This document shows, piece after piece, positions 55,191 through 64,000 of a DNA stretch of 64,000 nt. Each line of letters opens with the position of its first letter. Position 1 is the first letter of the stretch. The notes under the pieces are model-generated. The model saw only the letters and a program-made list of their open reading frames with translations. It was not told the DNA's origin and searched no databases. A program made the translations under genes and the position numbers. Source of the stretch: Klebsormidium nitens (Eukaryota; Plantae; Klebsormidiophyceae); assembly GCA_000708835.1 (NCBI GenBank), contig DF237023.1, positions 1 through 64,000 of the forward strand. The letters run 5' to 3'.

Positions 55191-56100
55191 CCTTCTGAGG
55201 CTTGCAGGCCTGCTTGGTATCCTCTTCTCTTACGTAAGAATCTGAGTCTCATCCTTGCTTGTATCCCAGCATTGCCGCAAACGATGCCGCTCGCGCAATG
55301 CCCTCTGCACTGGCAGAAGTCTGCGGTCCTCTGTCAAAGTTGGGGGCTACTAAGCTAAGATCAGCTTACTGTAAGTATGAATGTCGCTCAATGCTGCTAT
55401 CAGCTGAGCAAGATCATCAAGTTTCAACAGCAGGGCACCAATGAAGCAGCATGAGCAGGCTTTTCTAGATATATCCGAAGCACCTTACGGCCTGGAGCTA
55501 TGAAGATCGAAGCTCTTCTGCCTCAGATTCCAAAGCTCATAACCAGAACCCCGCCAAATCGAGCTGCCGAACTTAGAAGCCAATTCCCTTCAAGTCGTTC
55601 ATTCTGCATGTGCTAACTCGCTTGACCTCGGACGCCCAAAGCACGCCTGGTACCTTCACATGGTCGAGCAAGTTGCTGCTTACCATGCTCATAAGCGCGC
55701 GATGCACTGGATAATTGGAGGCCTACGGTGATCAACAGGCTCGACAGTACTGTGCAACATATCGGACCTACTGCGACGCTACTGCGCAATTGAACGTTGA
55801 TTCACCGGCAGCCCCCGGACAACAACGCCGCGCGCGGTCAGATTGATTCCAAATTTCCAAGCTGCTAAAAATTCTTGCATGGCATTAATATCAACCTTAC
55901 CAGGGGGCCGGTACCGCACGCGAAGCTACTCGAACCGCCCGATTTTGATTGGCTGACAGATCGGACCGTCGCAACGTGAGGGAGTGCCAAAAAATCTGTA
56001 CGAAAACTTGCGGATCGACACGTGTGACGTAACAACAGTGACCACACGGCACAGACGATCTGCATTTGTCTATCTTTTAATTAAAGGACTATAAAATAAA

Positions 56101-56124
56101 TTGATTGATTGATTGATTGATTGA
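56101..56124. repeat. (TTGA)6 microsatellite after an AT-rich tract
   Basis: taaaataaa ttgattgattgattgattgattga. Confidence 0.9.
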
Positions 56125-56827
56125 CTCGGTCCTAATACAGCGCATGTGTAGGATTAGTAGAACGCTGCCGACCGCAAAAGCAGCTTGCGCAGCTTGGATT
56201 CCCAAGGCATGCTCATGGGCAGTTACTACCACCAGAAATCAGTGAACGAGGAGTGCGCATGCCCATACTTCACCTTTCAACGCGCAAGGTCTAACGAATT
56301 TGCTCGTTGCGCGCTACTCTTCGTATATCAGTACGCTCACGACACTGGTAGGAAAACCCCGGGGCTCAGGCTGTTTCTGGCCACTCAATCGATCCCTTCG
56401 TACCGAACAAGTGTTAATTAAAAGGCTTTGAGTACAATGTCTGCATAAGGGACAGATCAAGGACCATAAGCTTCAAGGAAACGGTGTGAGCGGCCTACCA
56501 TCCAACTTGGAAGGCGGCCCATGCACCATTTCACAGCTCCGAGATCGGCCCATTCATCTTCCCTCGTTGTAGGAGACGAGGATAACCCACTCCCATGATA
56601 GCCCGTCCGCTGCCCTCTCAGCTTCACACAGGGACATGAGCCTCGCCTTAAAGTTCCAAGTAGTCCGACGTGTATTGGGCTTGAGTTGCATAATCTTCAT
56701 TCCTCGCGCCCCAAGCACTCATGAAACTCCAACTATTAGCCACGTGATGGAAAAAGTCCTAGGGCTTGAGTGGATCATGCTTAGACTTGCACGCCCAAAA
56801 ATTCGTCCGGCATTGACAATCACCAGA

Positions 56828-59800
56828 TCAACCGACCCTTCGCTTCTTCTTTGACTTCATAAATTCTGTCCGGCTGTCTTTCCGCTTCACTCCCTCCTTT
56901 CTAGCTCCGTCTACTCTATTCCTGCCGTACGAGTTCCCGGCCTTTGTACTCCCGTCTCTGTCCCGACTTGGCCGTCCAGGCCCTCCCCCTCTTCCCCGCC
57001 CGCGGCCGCGCAGAGAGGGAGAGGGACCTCGAGTCATGAAACCTGAATGGAAAAGAACGCAATTAGAAAGCAGTAGGAACGGGTGTGCTCCTGAGAACAC
57101 CCAATTGGAGGCCCGCCGAAGGTCCCTGTCCTGAATGCTACTTCTAAGGTATAAGATGCTCCCGGAGACAACGACAACTAGAAAGCATATCCGAAGTCCT
57201 ACTTGGGAGGCGCGATGAGTCTAGATCATAAGTTGAATCACCCGAGAGGAAGCAGGCAAAGAGACGTTGGATTTGACTTTGCTTTCCTACCAACTCGGCC
57301 TGCTTGTCAGCGAAGATCCGTCTTGAATGTGGCTGGCACAACAGCAATACCCCACATCTAGTTACTTGGGTGCGGTCTGAAATCCCCAGCAAAAGTTCCC
57401 AAGCCCAGCGACAATCGAGATCACAGCGCTTTAGCCAAACCGATTGACTGCCCCGACTTTTTTGCGATAGCAGTCTCGCACGTTTTCCAACTTTACAACC
57501 GACGTCAAACACGACCAATGGACGCACCCTCAGCTTCAGTGAAAAATAATATCAAACGAGAAACGGTCGCGGGCTTTGAACGAGGCTGCCCGAAAAATCC
57601 GCTTACCTTCCTCCGGCTCCTCCCCAACCTCTTGCCGGTACCACTGGGCGTCATCATCCTCGTCGGCCGCCTGCGCCGCCGCGCGGTTGTCTGGGTGGTC
57701 CTTGCGCATCCTGACGTCATGGTTGGGGTCCAGCCTGCGCTGCTTCTTGTCGGCTTTGAGCGCTTCCTTCTCTTCCTCTTGCCTGAATCAAAAGGAGAGG
57801 GGTCAGTAAGCGTGGGGGAAGTAGGGCTGAGAATTGTGCATGCACGGGATGCTACTTTACTGAGATTGCATGTTCTGCAACAAAAACGGGCGGACATAAG
57901 GGAAGCCAACATCGACTATCAGCGGGTCTTTGAAGATAGAGTAGACCATTTGGGACTTGCGCCTCGGCTTTCAGAAAGCCTCGCAAGGAGCATTCCGGTG
58001 TCGCAAGTACTACACGCTCGCCCACTGCATTTCGCAGTCGGGCGAGCGTTGCAAAGACTGCACTCGGCAAGTGTCTTCTTCGCTCCTCAAAGTGGATGTC
58101 TCTGTGGGCCCCTTACTGAAATTCAAGGCCTGTGACTATGACTCAAAGATTGCCCAGGAAAGCTCACTTCTGCTTCCGCCTGACGTTGGCTTCTTGCTCA
58201 GCCCTCCGCTGCGCGCGAAGCTCCTCCTTCGTCTTTACTCTCGCCTCCTGCTCCGCCTCCTCCTCCGCGCTCTTGTGCACTGCAGAGCCGTTTTGAAGTC
58301 TGAGGTCCTGACGTTTTTACATTCAAGGACTCGACGACACTCGCCAGAAGTGCTGAATGATCGTATCTGAAACCGACCATGCGGTACCGTAGGCTGAGGG
58401 CTACTTTACCGAAGGTAAACCTTTTGAAGATCCAGCGGAATTCATAATCGTTCTCGTACATTCGATGGCTTCGAGCGAATTATATCCGTCTTCCTTGGTG
58501 TGCGAAAGTGGCATGAGCAGAAAAGGCTGGGTCGTCCGAAGAGAAGCCCTCTATTGTAGCAACCTCAAGTAGGTCATATCCTTTGACCTCCGAGATTGGT
58601 CAACCGAAGCGATTTTTTAGCCGGGTACTCGCAGGGCTAGCAGGATCCTTTACGAGTTTCTGAGTAGTGACTGATTGTGGCTGGTCCACTCTACCCTCAA
58701 ACCCAGCGGATCAATCACAGGTTCTTCACGATTACAAATCTGCTGCTAACTAATGAGAAACATCACATTATTGAGGCTCAAGTTTGTCCAAGAAAGAAAA
58801 AGTAAAGAAACGCAAGAAGCCGTAAATGCCCAGTCTGAGTGGCACTTCAAGGGAAGTTGTGAAGAAAGCACTGCCCCACTCACCGAACTCGTGGAACATA
58901 ACCTTCCCGGAGCACAACCCCTCCTCGACTTTGATGAGTTGCATGCTTATCCGTGGCCCGATCTCCTGCAGCTTCACTGCGCTACGATTGGCGGCCCGGT
59001 TGCCCCGGCCCAGGTCGTGCGCGAGCGTGACCTTGGACGCTTCCTCCTCGCCCTCGCTCTCGGACCCGTAGCCAGACCTGAAGAGAAGTGAGGCCCGGCT
59101 TTGAACCTGACAGCAATCTGAGGGTTACGGCTCTCAGAGTTTCGAAGGTTGCTTTTCCAACTAATATGAATGCCAACCCTTAGAGCTTTGTGCAGGCAGC
59201 TAGCTCTTCCAGGATACGAAGTCAAACAATGCAGAAAGTGTACGGATGGAAGTAAGAATATAGCCACAGCAAGCGAAGCGTAGGGAACGAAGGGAAGCAC
59301 TGGGATGCATGAGGCGTTGCGTAACAGCTGTAGCTGTAAAAACCAGGGCTTCACCAGATTCGGCATTGATTTGCAAGAGCCTGCCAGTCATCTTTCGACC
59401 ATTCCGTCTCTGACGTCCGTCAATCGTATGGATCAAGCTCCTCAGATCCTACATTAGATCAACACACCAAAGAATCACAGGCTACCATGGCACAAGACTC
59501 CCCTTACCTTGTTACAAACTCCGCTACATCCTCCATCCCCCCCAAGTTCGGCACGTCCTGTTTCGTGACCAGCTTCCGTATGCTTTTGGAGATCCCCGTC
59601 GGCTGCGCCGTCACGGCATAGTGCCGGAGATCGATCAGTTTTGTTTCGGCATTGTAGTCTAGCAGGAGCACGCGCTGGCACTGGGAGAGGCGGACCGTTT
59701 GGACGTTGATGGGGGGAAACATGTTCTGGAACATCACGGTGCACAGCTTGAGGTGCTCGTCGGCGCCCGTGAAATTGTTCATCACCACCTGCAGGGGACA

Positions 59801-61178
59801 AGCAGATTTTTTACCTATCAATACTGTGCAAAATAGAATCCACTAATCGTCTCCAGAATCCTTGTGTAAGTACATTTACAACAAGGGAAGCAATATGAAC
59901 CAACATTTCAAACAATTTCAGCAGAACGCGAAACACAACAGTTCAAAAAATTTGCAAATCTGTCAGATTCGACTAGAAAGCTCTAAGCGGCATCCCGTGT
60001 CTCACTGGTGAATCAAAATCCGCTGAAAGACAGACGGAAACTTGAAACCAATTTTATGTCTCACCAGTGGGGGGTCTTGGAAGAGGGTCGGAGGGGCCCT
60101 GTATTTGGGGGAGGCGGCCGCAATATCTCCCGCCAGAGAGTACTGCTTGATCTGGAAGGTGAGGGTGGGGCCCCGGGGCGTCTTGGCAACCCGGAAGTAC
60201 GGCGCCGTTTTTGTTGTGGATAGCAGGAGAAAGTGTGTAACCCCCAGAGGCCCCGCCACGTGCACAAAGTCTTTCAGAGTGTTGCGCTTGGACTCCTGCA
60301 GAAACAGATTGCGTGCATGATAAAGGGCTCACCATGATTGCAAGCCTTAACTCTGCTCGAGCAGATGCATTCTTGCCTCAGATGAAGGTATTTCAGATGA
60401 TGTAAATGTCTGAGCAAGGTGTCTAGCACGATCCCGGTCGGATCATCTGCAATTGCCGGCAGATTGAATGCTGTCTCATCTTAATTCCACCGATTGCGAT
60501 GCTAAATGGTTGCTTATAAATTGCAATACCCTCCCGCTCAAGTGATCACTAATACCAAAAATGACACTTGATTGTCACCAAAACAAAGGCAATAAAGTGG
60601 ACTTTGTACCACCATTTCTTTGCACTTCTGCTTTCATTACTGACTACCTTCCATCCGTGCAGCAATGCGCCCAAAAAGATGCTGCTAAAATCCATCTACT
60701 TTCAGATGAACTTACCCAGCTTTCTGCACTTATTTCACTTGGTAATGGTGCGAGCGCCAAAATCAGACTGTGCACAAACTGCTGACTCTGCACCACCCTA
60801 GTCAATGAGGACTCTGCAGTGCCACCATTGAGAGTATCTTGCCTTGAGGTTTTGTGCAGTGTGGGGCATCATCACGTGGCGGAGGTCCTGCTCAAGCCGC
60901 CGCAGCATTTTCCCCACATGGCCCCGCCGCATCACAAAGCTCTTTGGAGGCCCTTTCTTTGTGGGGTCGGCCTGAGCCGCCACATGCGTACGCTTCTTTT
61001 TCTGCAGACATAACGAAAAGGCATAGATAAGAATCCCTCCTCACACACAAATCATCAGAAAGGACACGCAAACATCACCAGAAAGAGCCATCAAGCGAGC
61101 GGCTCTGTAGCCACTGCTAAGCTGTTCTCTGCAGAAACGTTGGGCATGATAGAGCCTTACCCGTCGAGTGCGCGCCAT
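56828..61178 (-). CDS. PPAN: Peter Pan / Ssf1-like Brix-domain ribosome biogenesis protein, ~461 aa, 8 exons
   Basis: Exons 61178-61161, 61001-60843, 60295-60065, 59788-59508, 59077-58884, 58279-58168, 57782-57607, 57042-56828 join in frame (1386 nt). Motifs: PKSFV..RG, KRNTLKDFVHVAGPLGVTHFL, PRGPTLTFQIKQYSL, CQRVLL, IDLRHY, VKLQEIGPR, WYRQEVGEEP; RGG-rich tail. Confidence 0.93.
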
Positions 61179-61358
61179 ATTTCCTGCCTCAGCTGCTTTC
61201 CTGAGGCACTTTCTGAATAGATCCAAGAGCGGTCAGCTCTCGACTTGATTCTTTGGTCGCTGCTAAATTGCGAACACAATGCGAACACCAGGCAGGGGGC
61301 GCAGAAGTGGTGCCCGGCCAGCAGTGGAAATTGTTGCTCTTGCTGGAACTTGAAGGAG

Positions 61359-61457
61359 AAACCCTAATCTGAGGAGAAAGCGAAAAAGGATGCGGTCTGC
61401 CTGGCGCGAGCGACCAGATTCAGCTGCCGGGAAAGTCTGCACGTAACGAAAAGCCCA
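61359..61457 (+). promoter_or_regulatory. Telo-box (AAACCCTAA, 61359) and site II (AGCCCA, 61452) in the PPAN/PDCD4 divergent promoter
   Basis: Exact motif matches ~180-280 nt upstream of the PPAN ATG. Telo-box plus site II is an established module of plant ribosome-biogenesis promoters. Confidence 0.5.
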
Positions 61458-61818
61458 TGAACAACCCATATGTTACGTGAAATGTTTCTCAATTGACGCC
61501 GCGAATCACCTTCACTGGGCACTTTGCTGGCGAACCACAACTTCAAGAACCACGCAAGCAGCACGTACCAACGCGTCAACACATTTCCTGCAGAGCAAAG
61601 CTTTCTTCAACTTGTGCGCCATCCTTGCGGAAGAAGGAAGAGAGCGAATTCATTGCCTGCCTGCTTCACTCCTTTTGTCCCCCTCCTCGCGCTCCACCGC
61701 TGTGCTGTCACATTCTCGCATCTGAGGACCTGAAAGGAGTGGGTTTTCTAGCTAGCAAGCCCTGTGCAGCTAGCCAATCCAGCGTAACCTTCCGTAGGGA
61801 AGGAACCATTATAGCGCA

Positions 61819-64000
61819 ATGACAAGCCCTAGCAATGGTTCCTTCCTGACTGATGAGCAGAGAAACTTTTTCTATATGAGCACGGAGGCAGAGACCCTGA
61901 ACAACGAGGAGATTGCCAGCGGAACCCCCAGCATCCAGTTGGGGGGTGTTGCAATTCCTGGAGGCGGCAAACTAGAGAAGGCACCTTCCTCAGGTGCCAA
62001 GCTTACGACCGACCATGCGACGAAGAACCAATCGACGCTCGTGCCGAAGGCAGAGAAGAAGTCGCATGCGAAGTACAATGGACGGCCCAAGAAAGGTGAG
62101 GGGTTTTGCGCATGTGCACGGTGCAATGGGCTGGCTTTCACAAAAGTTGTATGAACACTCTCAACTATGTCAAGGAACCTGTTTAAAACCTGCCAGCCAA
62201 GCTTGTTCAATTTGCAGGCATTGTTTCCGCATCAGCAGACACCTTATGGAAGGAGTTGTGCAACTTGGTCATGACCCTGCAATAAAATGCAGATTCCTGG
62301 ATGGGGTTTCTTCTGCATCCTCGTCTGCAAATGTTCGTTCTGTCTTCAATCTGACATGTCAGACAGCGGGCCGCCGCACCAGGCCCCACGTAGCTAAGGA
62401 ATTGCACAATGATATTAAGGAGAAGTGTGATGCGATTGCCTGCTTGTTCTGCTTGAATTGCCAGAAATTGTAGCTGACAAATGAGTTACATTATTGTCCT
62501 GGAACTTGGCCTGTCAATGACATTCCACACCTGAAAGGATGGGCTTTCTCCTGCTGGCGGCATAAAGATATACATGGAGTTTCCACTATGACCTAGTTTA
62601 GCACATTCCTCTCTGTGAAAGGAAAGGCCACCAGCTAGGAGAACTCGCTCATATTGGCAGCTTCTTGGTGCACTTAGAGTGTCAGCAAGGGCCACAGAAT
62701 ATATGCCTCTGAGAACCTGCGCTCAGGCACCAGCGGAGACTACAAGATTGAAGCGCACTATATGGTATTAGCAGGTGGCCAGGGCGGCAAGGGCACCTGG
62801 ACTGGGAGCGGCAAGTTTGAGCTGCCGGATGACCTTGAGCCTGTGGACAAGAATGACCCTAACTATGACAGCGACGAGGTGAGCTGCTTCAACTGCTATG
62901 TTAGCTCCATTCTGGTTATGCGCATATCGGTTCCAGACTCGTTTGGATGTTGGGTTGTCAAATGCATGCTGAGAACAGCTCCTTGAAAAATACTGCAGCC
63001 ACCTTCCGTCTCCTGGTGCGAAGTCCAGCGACCAGTCTCCTCGATCTCCCAACATTTTCAGCAGTCGGATTTTTTTCTGTCATTCTTTTGGCTAACCAGG
63101 GGTAGCAAGCAATTGTGCACTGGTTATCTGTAGCTTTCAATGCTTTTGAACGCAGGTTGGCAGAGCCTAAAAGATCGTGTGCCCACATTCCGGGCCGGTT
63201 CCAACTGATGTCTGATGCAATCAACACCCGGATTCCCATCGTGACCATTCGCTTCTTCACGTTTTTCAAACTCACCATCTGGTCTTTCAGGACGGGCACC
63301 GCTTCGTCGGAGCCGATCTGGCCAAATCAGTAGTGGTGTTCAAGGAGCGGGTTCTTACAATTATCGACGAGTACTTTGCATCGGACGATGTTAAGGAGGT
63401 GGCGGCCGCGCTGGACGAGCTAGAGGTGCCGGGGTTCCACCACCACTTCGTCAAGAAGCTTGTGTCCAGGTGAGCTTAGCAAATAGTTCCAAGTTCTAAG
63501 AGGCATTTTTTCTTAAACATTCAGAAGCATGCTGAGTCCGGTTATCACTCTGTCAGAGAGTCTCTTTTTTAGTCGAATTCCTGACAATCTGATTATGTCT
63601 TGGTAGATAAGAGCAGCACTTGAGAAAAACTACATGTCAAAAAGTAGTGAGTGTGAAGGAGGAATCAATCTTGATCCGATCCTATCCCCAGGTGGCTGAT
63701 TCGAGTTTGCACCGGATCACCCAGTCACTGCCCATTTTTTCTGACGGTCAGCGTATCAGAAGAACAACTTTTTGAGGCAGGGGATCTTATACCTTGCGAG
63801 TCTGGGCTCAGGGAGGGCCTCTCGGCAGAAGCCCGGAGCTCACCATGCCCCCTTCCTTCCCCTTCATAGAGCAATGGACAAGAACGACCGCGAGAAGGAG
63901 CAGGCGTCGGCGCTGCTCTCGGCGCTGTATGCTGACGTCATCGCGCCCGACCAGATGGCCAAGGGCTTCACCAAGCTGCTCGAGTCCGTGGAGGACCTGT
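61819..64000 (+). CDS. PDCD4: PDCD4-like MA3-domain translation regulatory factor (MRF family), truncated by window end
   Basis: Exons 61819-62095, 62775-62878, 63291-63469, 63870->64000 join in frame. Motifs: FLTDEQR, GRPKK|GGQGGKGTW, DKNDPNYDSDE, FKERVLTIIDEYFASDD, FVKKLVSRAMDKNDREKEQASALLSALY, GFTKLLESVEDL. Confidence 0.9.

Noticed and set aside
58280-60842. Intronic snoRNAs expected in a ribosome-biogenesis host gene (PPAN)
   Set aside because: No convincing C/D box pair with terminal stem or H/ACA structure seen; a snoRNA search tool would be needed.

Overview
Eukaryotic, intron-rich nuclear DNA; gene content and codon usage suggest a streptophyte green alga such as Klebsormidium (inference). 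Seven protein-coding genes can be built by hand with frame-consistent splice sites: a secreted tandem alpha/beta-hydrolase (+, 1006-4680); a Nudix-like/metallo-beta-lactamase-fold hydrolase of the land-plant LACTB2-like family (-, 13537-6568); an intronless orphan membrane protein (+, 14009-15028); MCM8 (-, 23963-16254); an apparently full-length ~38-exon DNAH6-like axonemal dynein heavy chain (-, 55190-25505); Peter Pan/PPAN (-, 61178-56828); and a PDCD4/MA3-domain translation regulator (+, 61819 to window end). I see no rRNA, tRNA, CRISPR or intact transposon. The main unexplained structure is a set of at least 17 intronic 'splice-junction echoes': degenerate tandem copies of an adjacent exon end plus its splice site, mostly 109-164 nt from the real junction. 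They differ from the real exon disproportionately at synonymous positions. A second signal is strong TAAC(C)/(G)GTTA enrichment in the dynein and alpha/beta-hydrolase exons but not in the other genes checked. All alignments and counts were made by eye and need computational confirmation.
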